This document shows, in pieces, positions 27,536-36,398 of a stretch of 64,000 bases of DNA. Origin of the DNA: Candidatus Sericytochromatia bacterium. Its GTDB lineage: Bacteria; Cyanobacteriota; Sericytochromatia; S15B-MN24; VGJW01. Numbering within the stretch: position 1 is the first letter of the stretch; every line of letters starts with the position of its first letter. Location: positions 32,001 to 96,000 of the forward strand of contig JAYKHS010000003.1 in NCBI GenBank assembly GCA_035285865.1, given 5' to 3'. The position numbers and the translations under genes were made by a program. The notes under the pieces are model-generated. The model did not search any database, was not told the DNA's origin, and was given only the letters and a program-made list of their open reading frames with translations.

Positions 27536-30500
27536 ATGGGGCAAAATCAGGACATGGTCTGCCCGGGCTGCCAGACGCCCCACGTCCCGACCGCTGCCTT
27601 CTGCGGGCACTGCGGACGTCGGTTGGCCACCTCAGGCCAGCACGCGCGACGGGCTGCCGACCAAAGCCCCCTCGCCCTGCTGGGCGTCCATTGGCCCGAT
27701 GCCTTCAGCATCCACGAGGCCGCGCACGTGCTGGGTCTCTGGGGCGGCACGATGGAGGCCTCGCACGACGGACGCATCCTGGCCTCGTTCGGACGCCCCA
27801 ACCCGCGGGAGGACGATCTGCGCCGTGCGGCCGCAGCCGCACTCGACCTCATGGCACGGCGCGCACGCTGCGAGATCGGCACGCCCAAAGCCTACCTGAT
27901 GCATGGCAGCCTGCCGCGTGCCGTCCCCTCGCTTGCCGAGACAGCGCTGGGTCAGGAAACGCTCCAAGGCCTCGAGCAGGTGCAGGACGGCCGAATCGGC
28001 ATGCCGGGCCGGACGGCGCGCCTCGTCGAGGCCAACTTCGACGCGGAGCAGCACGAGGGCGGGGACATGCACTGGCTGGAACCGGGCCAGCGCCGCATGG
28101 ACCCGGACCGTGTCGCGACCCTTCACGGGCGAGAAGCGGAACGCCGGAAGATCGAGGGCATGGCCACGGCGTGCCTCGCCGGCCACCCGCAGGTCTGGAT
28201 CGTCACCGGCCCGGAGGGCTCGGGAAAGTCCCGATTGGTCGTCGAAGCCCAGGCCCGGACCAATCGCGAGGCCCTGTCGCGGCTCATCTTGATCCGCGTG
28301 CACAGCCTGTCGCCCGACCGCAGCCACGGCCTGATTCGCGACCTTATTCACCAGATCATGGCCGATCCCGACACAGGCAACCCGTGGCCCTCGGCGGCGG
28401 CCTTCGGCAAGCAGTGGCCAGATGCCCACGCCGAGTTCCTGTGGCCCATCCTGCGCAATGTTTCCCAGTTGGACAGTCCCTCCCCCGAACAGGTCCAGCA
28501 AGTCCTGCCCCACCTCACCCGTTTCCTTTGGGAAGCCACGCGCCATCGCCCCCTGCTGCTCGCCGTGGACAACATCGAGTGGACGGACGCTCTCTCGTGG
28601 GGCTGGTGGCAACAATTCCTTCAAGCAACCCCGTCAGCGGGACATCGTCTCTGGATCATCCTGACCAGCACCCAGAGGTTCATCCTGCCGGAGACTGGAC
28701 TCGACCTCACGGTCACCAACCTGCAACCACTCTCGGAAGCCGAGTCCTTGGCTTGCCTCGCCAGTGCCCTTGGCCTGGACCCTGCCCAGGATTCCTGGCC
28801 CGCTCGGATCCTGCCCGTGCTGCGTGAAGGTGTGCGGCATGCCGGGGGCAACCCGCTGTTCCTGCGGGAATTGGCCTTCGATCTGCTCGCGACCGGCACG
28901 ATCTCATACGGCCCCGATGGCTGGCAGGCCCGAGAGACTCCAGCGGGGGAGTCGCTCGTGCCCGAGAGCCTCTCGGCCCTGCTGCGGGCCAAGGAAGCCA
29001 GGTTGCCTCCAGCTGCCCGGCAGACGCTGGCAACGGCCGCCGTCATCGGGACGCGCTTTGCGTGGGAGGACCTCGAGGATCTGGTCGGCCGTGAAGTCCT
29101 TCCCGACATCCTGCAGACGCTCGTGGACGCCGGACTGCTGGCAGTCGAAGGCAATGAGGTCTGCTTCCGGCAGGAAGCCCTGCGGACGCTGGCGGCCGCG
29201 GCACTGACCGAGGAGCAGCGGCAGACCATCCGGCGCCAGTTGGCCAATCGGCTGATGGCACGCCAACAGGAACAGATGGAGGAGCTGGACGGTCGCATCG
29301 CCGACCTGCTCGAAGAAGGCGGCGCCCTTTCCGAATCGGCGGAGTGGGCCCAGAAGGCCCTCGCTCTGGCCACGGGCCGACAGGAATGGGGCGAGGCACT
29401 GCGTCGCGCCCACCAGATCGTGCGCTTGGCCCGAACGCTGCCGGACACCTCACCGGAGGACCTCCAACGGGCCACGCGCGATGTTGCCACACTCGAACTG
29501 CAAGTGGGCAGCGTGGGAGAAGCCGAGCGCCTCTGGCAAGCGCTGCACGACATGGCTCCCATCGCGCAGCGTCACGAAGCCCGCACCCAGCTGGCCCGGA
29601 TAGCCGGTATCCGTGGCGACTTCGACCGAGCCCTCGCGTTCGCCGAGGAAGGCCTCGCGGTGGCCGAGTTGCTGGGGCAAGCCGGCAACCAGGTCAAGTT
29701 CCTCATCGAGCTGGGACAACTCGCTGTCCAGCAGGAGCGATGGGACGTGGCCGAGGCTGCCTGCAACAGGGTGGTCGGCCTGGTTCCCCCGGACAGCACC
29801 CATAAGGAGGCCGGAGACCTGCTGGTGCTGCGTGGCAAGCTCGACCTGCGCGCGGGACGCGGGGAGCCAGCGCTCGCAGCCGGCAGGGCGGCCCTCGACA
29901 TCTTCGAGTCGCAGCGGGAGCCCGACGCGATGGCCGAGGCCTTCCAACTCATTGCGCTGGCCCATCGGGCCACCGGGAATGCCACGCAGACCCAGAGAAG
30001 CCTGCGCCAAGCCATGCATGCGGCGCGGGACACGTCCGTCGTGCGTGAACTGGGGCTGTTGATGGCGAGCCTCGCGCTCGAGGAGGGTGACACCCCCACG
30101 GTGCTTGAACTTGATGACAACTGGCTTCTTGCTACCGGTTCGGGTCGCCTCGGACGAGAGCACCTGCTCTTGGGCACGGCGTGGCTCTTCGCTGGCATGC
30201 GTGATCCGATCCGCATCCATCTCGAGGGTCCTTTCGAGGGGCGTGCCGAGGATCTTGCGGTCCTGCACGCCATCCAGGCCATCGCCAAGGCGGAATCCGA
30301 CGACATGCCCGGCGCCACCCTCTCGGTGAGACACGCCCTCCAGAAGGGCACCGAGGTCGAAGGCCGTGCGCCCTTGGCTCGGGCGCTCGCTCTGGGTGCC
30401 GCCGGGCACGTCGCTTTCGTTGCCGGTGAGTACGAGCCCGCCGTGCGGCACCTGAGCGAAGCGCGGGCCGCTTTGCCGGCCCCCCCGCACCCGGTCTGGT

Positions 30501-30730
30501 CCCTGTGGTTCGACGTCCTCTACGGCATCAGTTTGCAGACACTCGGCAGCCCGCTGCCCTTCCTGCCCGAGGACCTTTCGGTTCGCGCCAGCCAACTTCG
30601 CGTGCCGCTGACGCTGGAACCCTACTGGACCATGCTGCGCGGGGGATTCGGAACGCAGGCCGAGGAATTCACGGAGTCGTTCACGGCTTGGGATGCTAGC
30701 ATGCCGGCATGGACGATCGGGAACGACTGA
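27536..30730 (+). CDS. Zinc ribbon, degenerate class III cyclase, AAA_16/STAND ATPase and TPR protein
   Basis: CPGC..FCGHCG; FGRPNPREDDLRRA; LHGREAE; GPEGSGKS; LAVDNIEWTD; GGNPLFLREL; helical TPR-like C-terminus. Confidence 0.85.
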   Translation: MGQNQDMVCPGCQTPHVPTAAFCGHCGRRLATSGQHARRAADQSPLALLGVHWPDAFSIHEAAHVLGLWGGTMEASHDGRILASFGRPNPREDDLRRAAAAALDLMARRARCEIGTPKAYLMHGSLPRAVPSLAETALGQETLQGLEQVQDGRIGMPGRTARLVEANFDAEQHEGGDMHWLEPGQRRMDPDRVATLHGREAERRKIEGMATACLAGHPQVWIVTGPEGSGKSRLVVEAQARTNREALSRLILIRVHSLSPDRSHGLIRDLIHQIMADPDTGNPWPSAAAFGKQWPDAHAEFLWPILRNVSQLDSPSPEQVQQVLPHLTRFLWEATRHRPLLLAVDNIEWTDALSWGWWQQFLQATPSAGHRLWIILTSTQRFILPETGLDLTVTNLQPLSEAESLACLASALGLDPAQDSWPARILPVLREGVRHAGGNPLFLRELAFDLLATGTISYGPDGWQARETPAGESLVPESLSALLRAKEARLPPAARQTLATAAVIGTRFAWEDLEDLVGREVLPDILQTLVDAGLLAVEGNEVCFRQEALRTLAAAALTEEQRQTIRRQLANRLMARQQEQMEELDGRIADLLEEGGALSESAEWAQKALALATGRQEWGEALRRAHQIVRLARTLPDTSPEDLQRATRDVATLELQVGSVGEAERLWQALHDMAPIAQRHEARTQLARIAGIRGDFDRALAFAEEGLAVAELLGQAGNQVKFLIELGQLAVQQERWDVAEAACNRVVGLVPPDSTHKEAGDLLVLRGKLDLRAGRGEPALAAGRAALDIFESQREPDAMAEAFQLIALAHRATGNATQTQRSLRQAMHAARDTSVVRELGLLMASLALEEGDTPTVLELDDNWLLATGSGRLGREHLLLGTAWLFAGMRDPIRIHLEGPFEGRAEDLAVLHAIQAIAKAESDDMPGATLSVRHALQKGTEVEGRAPLARALALGAAGHVAFVAGEYEPAVRHLSEARAALPAPPHPVWSLWFDVLYGISLQTLGSPLPFLPEDLSVRASQLRVPLTLEPYWTMLRGGFGTQAEEFTESFTAWDASMPAWTIGND

Positions 30731-31023
30731 TTCGCCAGGCTCTCTCGGAAATCGAACCGGACGAGTCCGAGTGGAAACACTTTGCCGTCCTGGCCGCCGA
30801 CGCCACGACGTGTCCCGAGACCGTGATCCGCAAGTTTCTGAGCCGGTCCCCGAGACCCTATCCGGTGCCCGTGGAGTCCGTGGTCTACACGGTCCGTCAT
30901 CTCGCCGGAGCAAAGGTCGTCTTCCTCGACCTGCGTCCGGTCGACCGTCTCTACCGCAAGATCGAGCAGGCATTCGGCGAGGCTGGCGTACCCTCCGCGC
31001 CGCGGGGCTTTTTCCGGACCTGA
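30709..31023 (+). CDS. Hypothetical protein
   Basis: 104 aa with host-like codon use, tightly packed between its neighbours. Confidence 0.6.
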   Translation: MDDRERLIRQALSEIEPDESEWKHFAVLAADATTCPETVIRKFLSRSPRPYPVPVESVVYTVRHLAGAKVVFLDLRPVDRLYRKIEQAFGEAGVPSAPRGFFRT

Positions 31024-31024
31024 G

Positions 31025-31864
31025 GTGGCGCACGAGTCGGCAAATCGCCCCGGTATCCTGGAGACACTGTGGGGTGCCTCCAACAGGGCGACCTGGGGCA
31101 TCAGGGAACGACTGGCCTTCCGCAGGCGAGTCCGCGGGGTGCGTCCGGTCCCGAGAGGCGACCTGCTGCGGGGGCTGGCGGATCCCGAACGCGCGGCCCT
31201 TCATCTGGACACGTGGCTTTCCCCTCTGGGGATCGACGCCACCCTTCTCACCGCCGAGGCATCGTGGGCCCGAGACGCCTTGGACATTCTCGCGGCCCTC
31301 GAGGTGGCGATTGCCTGCCTGCCTGGCCCCTTGCCCGATCCCCTGCGCGTCGCGGACATCGGCGCCAAGACCTGGCATTACATCCGCGGAGTCCACGCGC
31401 TGCTCTCACGCGGGCCGGCCGGCCCGCGCCGCGTGGCCTTGACCGGCCTCGAGATCGACGCCTTCCGCGTCTACCGGGATTTCCACTCGCGCTGGGACTG
31501 GGCCCACTGGCATGCCGCCCCCTGCCCGGGCAGCAGGTACCTTGCGCTGGATGCCCTCGCGTTCCGTGAACCTCAGGATCTGGTACTGCTCTTCCTGCCG
31601 ATCCTGTTTCTCGAGGAACACCTCGACTGGGGGCTGTCGCTGGGACAGTACCGTCCGGAGGCACTTTTCCGGCACGCCCGCATCCTCGCCGGGGCCCGGG
31701 GTCACGTGGTGATGCTGAACTTCGCCTATGAGGAACCACTGCTGGACCGCCTGGCCGAGGCACAGGAAGTCCCGCCCTTGCTGCGAGTTCCGGCGCCCGC
31801 CGCCCTCGAGGAAGGCGAACTCCCGCGCATCTTGACGGTCTGGCCGGGCCTCCTCGCAACTTGA
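31025..31864 (+). CDS. Putative SAM-dependent methyltransferase-fold protein
   Basis: LRVADIGA motif I, LTGLEID motif II; RBS GAGG. Confidence 0.6.
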   Translation: MAHESANRPGILETLWGASNRATWGIRERLAFRRRVRGVRPVPRGDLLRGLADPERAALHLDTWLSPLGIDATLLTAEASWARDALDILAALEVAIACLPGPLPDPLRVADIGAKTWHYIRGVHALLSRGPAGPRRVALTGLEIDAFRVYRDFHSRWDWAHWHAAPCPGSRYLALDALAFREPQDLVLLFLPILFLEEHLDWGLSLGQYRPEALFRHARILAGARGHVVMLNFAYEEPLLDRLAEAQEVPPLLRVPAPAALEEGELPRILTVWPGLLAT

Positions 31865-31947
31865 CCGCAGCTTTACCCAGTCGTTACCGAACAGAGCCGG
31901 GAACTGGCGACAAGAGACTTACCCCCCACTGGTTGGCGAGTCTGAAC

Positions 31948-32094
31948 ATGCAGCAATTCTGGATCACGGCCGAGTTGGACGACGCGACGACGCTGTCCCG
32001 CTGTTTCACCGCCAGCGACCGCGACACCGCAGTAGCCCGGATGATGGCCTACCTGGAGCTCGAGTTCGGGGCCGCGACCACGGCCGCCGGCTGA
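31948..32094 (+). CDS. Small hypothetical protein (48 aa)
   Basis: MQQFWITAELDD...; GC3-rich codons; 3' end overlaps the convergent gene. Confidence 0.35.
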   Translation: MQQFWITAELDDATTLSRCFTASDRDTAVARMMAYLELEFGAATTAAG

Positions 32095-32819
32095 AGAGGC
32101 CGTGTTCCCGGTCGCCTGTAGCGATCGTAGGAGCCGATGACGGCACGGATGTACCGCCCGTTTCGGTAGCGACCACGGCTGATGATGCCGCGGCGCCCCG
32201 CGTTGTAGTAGCTGAGCGCCATAGCGAGATCACCGCCGAACTCGCGCAACAGGGCTTTAAGGAAGTAGGTCCCGACACGGATGTTCTGCTCGGGATCGTA
32301 GAGGTCGATGTGGCGCATGCCGAGCTTGCGACGGAGTCCGCGGGCTGTCGCCGGCATGACCTGCATGAGGCCGACGGCCCCGACGGGACTGACGCAATTC
32401 GGGTCGAATGCGGACTCGATCTGGATGACGCCCGCAATCAGGCTCGCAGGAAGACCATGTTCGGAGGCGATCCGACGGATGAGACCGGCGTAGGGATAAT
32501 AAGCGCGCCGCCCCTCGCGCACGCCGAAAGCCCGGACCCTGGCGGCCTCATGAGCCCCGGGCATACGCGAGACTGCTGCCGTCCGATGGTGCGCAGCGAC
32601 ATGTATCCGCGGCATCGGCAATTGCACGTCTCGGCCAGCCGGGCCGACGGCCGCGCGTCCTGCAAGATTGGCGACCGCACCCAGCATGAGTGCCACGGCA
32701 CCGAAACCGAGCACGATCCGAGGTTGGATGGCCGTCGATTCCTCTGCAGCAGGGGACGGCGTCACTCCATCCGCCGGACGCACGAACACACCAAGTACCG
32801 GTTCAGTTGCTTCGGACAC
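32049..32819 (-). CDS. Lytic transglycosylase (SLT domain), membrane-anchored
   Basis: IQIESAFDP, GAVGLMQVMP, NIRVGTYFL, ALSYYNAG; N-terminal TM. Confidence 0.92.
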   Translation of the reverse strand: MSEATEPVLGVFVRPADGVTPSPAAEESTAIQPRIVLGFGAVALMLGAVANLAGRAAVGPAGRDVQLPMPRIHVAAHHRTAAVSRMPGAHEAARVRAFGVREGRRAYYPYAGLIRRIASEHGLPASLIAGVIQIESAFDPNCVSPVGAVGLMQVMPATARGLRRKLGMRHIDLYDPEQNIRVGTYFLKALLREFGGDLAMALSYYNAGRRGIISRGRYRNGRYIRAVIGSYDRYRRPGTRPLQPAAVVAAPNSSSR

Positions 32820-32953
32820 ACGAATTCCCCATGACGGCCAAAATCAGGCTCGGCGGAGAATCTGAAGGTTAGGTGTATGGACTGCGAAAGGGTCGGAACA
32901 GGGCGCCAAGGCAGGTACGGCCGATGTACCCACCTGTTCAGCCTAGCACTCCA

Positions 32954-33970
32954 TCAAGGGATGGTAAAGCCCAGGACCGGACTGGCCCCCATCGTGCCAA
33001 CCCCTCCGGCCAGAATCATGGCGGCCGCAAAGAGGCCCACCGCGAGGCCATACCAGACCGGCCTGCCCGGCTCGATACGGAACCCTCGCCAGACGACCGT
33101 GAACTGGGCCACGGCGGTAACGGCGATGGCGACTGCAGGGGCCGGATGCTTGACGCCAAGCAGGATGGCCACGGCCACGAGCGAGGTCAGCAGCAGCATC
33201 GACCCGATGAGAAGGCCCATTTCCGGCCCCAGAAGCGCGGCGAGGGTGCGCAGGCCGACGCGTCGATGGGCGTCGACGTCGCCGAGGGTCCCAAGCGTGA
33301 AAAGCCCGACCGCCCCATAGGTGAAGCCCCCACCAAGCAGCAGGGCGCCCGTGACGGGCGGACCAAACAAAAGAATGCCGACCAGCCAAGGCATGAACAC
33401 GACGCAAAGGGCGTTGAAGAGCCCGCTGGCCCAAGTCTGCCGGCGCAGGGAGAGCGGTGGGGCATTCATGGCAAAGACCAGCGCGGAGGCTGCAAGCGTC
33501 GCGTAAAAGACGCCCGACCCATCGGTGCTGCCGACCCCGAAGCGCCCAGACCAGGAGAGCCCCAGACCGTGGTCCAGTAGGTGGGCGAAGAACAGCATCA
33601 GCATGCCCATCAACCCCATCTGGGCCACGAGGACGTTCAACGGCAGAGCCCCGGAAGGCAAAGGACGCTCGGGATGATTCACCGAGTCGAGGTCACGGTC
33701 GAAGATGGCGTTGACCACGCTGCCGAGCCCCGTGATCAACGGCCCGCAGAGCAGCGCGCCAAAAGCCAGACGCGTGGCCCCGACACCAGTCGCGGGCACT
33801 TGGCCGGTAGCCAGCGCTCCGGCCAGCATGGCGGCAATGGGGATGATCCACCGCTCCGGCCGTGCGGTACGAAGCGACAACTGCCACGGGGCCCGCTCGG
33901 GCTGCAGAGGCAGGGAGACGGTTTCGGCCCGAAGGACACGGAGCGTCGGGGGAGCGGCATGCAACTGCAT
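32954..33970 (-). CDS. UbiA-superfamily prenyltransferase, chlorophyll synthase (ChlG/BchG)-like
   Basis: LLCGPLITG..VNAIFDRDLDSVNHPERPLPSG, APPLSLRRQTW, MPWLVGILLFG, VDAHRRVGLRTL; many TM helices; start uncertain. Confidence 0.75.
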   Translation of the reverse strand: MQLHAAPPTLRVLRAETVSLPLQPERAPWQLSLRTARPERWIIPIAAMLAGALATGQVPATGVGATRLAFGALLCGPLITGLGSVVNAIFDRDLDSVNHPERPLPSGALPLNVLVAQMGLMGMLMLFFAHLLDHGLGLSWSGRFGVGSTDGSGVFYATLAASALVFAMNAPPLSLRRQTWASGLFNALCVVFMPWLVGILLFGPPVTGALLLGGGFTYGAVGLFTLGTLGDVDAHRRVGLRTLAALLGPEMGLLIGSMLLLTSLVAVAILLGVKHPAPAVAIAVTAVAQFTVVWRGFRIEPGRPVWYGLAVGLFAAAMILAGGVGTMGASPVLGFTIP

Positions 33971-34031
33971 CGCGGGGATGACCTGTCCTCGGAAGGCTGC
34001 GGGGGATACGCCCGGGACACTCCGGACTCCC

Positions 34032-34098
34032 TTTAATCTTCCGTTAATCTTAATCCAAAGTAAAGACCCGGGCGAGTATATTAACCCGCCCTTAACCG
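34032..34098 (+). promoter_or_regulatory. 11-bp-period TTAAYC direct repeats (Pho-box/OmpR-type operator candidate)
   Basis: TTAATC at 34033 and 34044; TTAACC at 34081 and 34092; AT-rich divergent intergenic region. Confidence 0.45.
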
Positions 34099-34140
34099 GC
34101 AAGCACAACACGCCCCCTGCGGCCTGGGTATGTGGCCCCT

Positions 34141-36291
34141 ATGTTCCGTGACCGGCCGCACTGGCGAGCATCCTTGCTGCTCACAGGCATGCTGCTGGCA
34201 GGGTGCCGGCAAGGCTTCGGGGATCTGGCGCGCCTTCCGGCTGCGGTGACGGGAACTCCGGCCGCGGAGACTGCACCCGCCGGGAACAGCACCTACATGC
34301 TGCCGGGTCGCGTCGTGGACGCATCAGGTCAGCCCATCCCGGGCGTACCCGTCAGAGCATGGCCTTCGGACGCGCTGCCACCCGGTAGCCGGGCCAGCCT
34401 CATCGCCAACGATGCAGCTGGCCTTGTCGCCCATGATGCCGCCGGACGAAGGGCGATCCAGCAGGCAACCGATCTCGTCGTTTCGGATGCAAGCGGCTCC
34501 TTCCGCCTTGACCTGCCCGCCGGCCGCTACAACCTCGAAGCCATCCGCTCCGCCACGGCCAAGGGCTGGCTGACGGACGTGGCCGTCGGCCCGGGCTCAA
34601 CGCCCCGGGAAGCCGTGTTGCGGACGTTGCAGACCGGCCGGGTAACGGGCAGGGTCCTTATGCCAGTCGCCTCCGGTGCCAGCAAGCCCCTCTTCGTCAC
34701 CGAAGCGGAAGTCCTGGTGGTCGGGTCGTCCTACAAGGCCCGGCCCGATGCGACGGGCCATTTCAGCATCGACGACGTGCCCGTCGGCATCCTGCACCTG
34801 CTGGTCTGGCATCCGGTCGTCGGAGCCTCGCGGCCTTGGGGAGCAACCCGGGAGGTACCGGCGGCCTCGGGTTCGCTCGTCCTCGACGATGTCCGACCTG
34901 CATTCGGCGGGGGCTGGGTCGCGATACCTGCGGAATCGCTGCCGAGGCCGACAGCATCACCCGGCGACAGCCCGATGCCGACGATCGCACCCACGCCGTC
35001 CCCCGCACCGACACCCGAGCCGACCCCGTCTCCCGCGGCAACGACCCCGCCATTGCCCAGCTCGTTGCCCACGGAGCAACCCTCAGCCTCGCCTGGTGCG
35101 ACAACCCTGCCCGAGCCGACGGCATCCCCTGCAACGACGCCTGCACCGACCGAAGTGCCCGCGCCATCACCGCAGCCATCGCCACAACCCTCGCCCGTGC
35201 CGTCGGAACCACCGACCCCGACTCCGACCGCATCGCCAGCTCCCCGGGGGCCCGGGATATTCTTCCTCGATGGCAGCCTGCCCTTTGCCCTGCAGCAAGC
35301 AGGCGTGGTGACCGTGGATGCCTTGACCCTCGGCGATCTTGGCGTGGATTCGGCCAGTCCGAGGCACTTCCTGGTCGGCGGCGTGACGCCTGAGGCCAAT
35401 GGTGGCCGGGAGGCCACGGACTCGGTCCTGATGATCTCGGAAAATGCCGCCGGCCGCATCGAGAACATCCAGGTCCTCCCGAGCAGGCTGCGCGTGCCGC
35501 GCCGCAGTGCTGCGGCGGTACTCGTCCCCCCCTACGTCTATGTCATCGGCGGCTTCGAGGTCGCTTCGCTGGACACACCGCTGGCCTCGGTCGAACGCGC
35601 ACGGCTGACGGCAGACGGCCTCGGGCCCTTCGAATCGATGGGTGAGCTTCTGGATGGTCCGCGTGCCCGCCACTCCGTGGTCCGCATCGGGGCGTGGCTG
35701 TTCAGCATCGGGGGCCGTACCGGTCCGCAGGACCAGAATTTCACTGCCGTGATCGCCCGCGCACCCATCGGGCCGGACGGTACGATCGGCTCCTTCCAAC
35801 CCCACGCCAGCTTGCTGCAACCGCGGGCCGCAGCCGCGCTCGTGGGGCCATGGGGCACCCAGTTCCAGCTCATTGGCGGCGTCGGGACGGACCGGAACGG
35901 TCAGGTCAGGCTCTCCAGTTCCGAGCGCCTCGCATTCACGGAGTATCAGTCAGCGGATCGACGCGTCGATCTCGGCAGCGATCCGGCCGGAGCACGTGGC
36001 GACGCCCTGCCGACGTCGCGCGCAAGGCTCGGGCACGCCCTGCTCGGGGACCGCCTCTACGTGTTCGGCGGTTCGACGGGCCAGGTAGGTACCGAGGTGC
36101 TGTCCGGCGTGCTCGAGGGCGATGCCCTCGGTCCCCTCAGGGAGTTCGCCGGCGCACGTCTTGCCGCGGGTGTCGATGACGCCGCCACGCTGGTGACGAG
36201 CGAGAACATCTATGTGCTCGGGGGATCCAATCCCTCCGGTTCCGCGGGCGTTTCCTTCATCCAGCGAGCCCCGATCCTCGACCTGCGCTGA
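34141..36291 (+). CDS. Lipoprotein: carboxypeptidase-regulatory-like domains, Pro/Thr linker, Kelch-type beta-propeller
   Basis: LLAGC lipobox; GRVVDASGQPIPG; PTP-rich linker; repeated YVIGG/FSIGG/YVFGG/YVLGG blades. Confidence 0.8.
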   Translation: MFRDRPHWRASLLLTGMLLAGCRQGFGDLARLPAAVTGTPAAETAPAGNSTYMLPGRVVDASGQPIPGVPVRAWPSDALPPGSRASLIANDAAGLVAHDAAGRRAIQQATDLVVSDASGSFRLDLPAGRYNLEAIRSATAKGWLTDVAVGPGSTPREAVLRTLQTGRVTGRVLMPVASGASKPLFVTEAEVLVVGSSYKARPDATGHFSIDDVPVGILHLLVWHPVVGASRPWGATREVPAASGSLVLDDVRPAFGGGWVAIPAESLPRPTASPGDSPMPTIAPTPSPAPTPEPTPSPAATTPPLPSSLPTEQPSASPGATTLPEPTASPATTPAPTEVPAPSPQPSPQPSPVPSEPPTPTPTASPAPRGPGIFFLDGSLPFALQQAGVVTVDALTLGDLGVDSASPRHFLVGGVTPEANGGREATDSVLMISENAAGRIENIQVLPSRLRVPRRSAAAVLVPPYVYVIGGFEVASLDTPLASVERARLTADGLGPFESMGELLDGPRARHSVVRIGAWLFSIGGRTGPQDQNFTAVIARAPIGPDGTIGSFQPHASLLQPRAAAALVGPWGTQFQLIGGVGTDRNGQVRLSSSERLAFTEYQSADRRVDLGSDPAGARGDALPTSRARLGHALLGDRLYVFGGSTGQVGTEVLSGVLEGDALGPLREFAGARLAAGVDDAATLVTSENIYVLGGSNPSGSAGVSFIQRAPILDLR

Positions 36292-36398
36292 ACACGGCCT
36301 GCGTGACAGCCATGTGACGCATGGACGCAGGGCATGGCCTAGAATGGGGCTTCCCGTTCCCGTCCCGGGCCGGATTGCAGAGGGAGACCCAGACGCCT

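Noticed and set aside
34940..35250. Repetitive DNA as a possible CRISPR array or VNTR (also 19458-19540)
   Set aside because: The repeats are in-frame Pro/Thr or KPAD linkers inside CDSs, with no repeat-spacer structure and no cas genes.
36292..36398. glmS ribozyme
   Set aside because: The spacer is only about 105 nt and I see no recognisable conserved ribozyme core.
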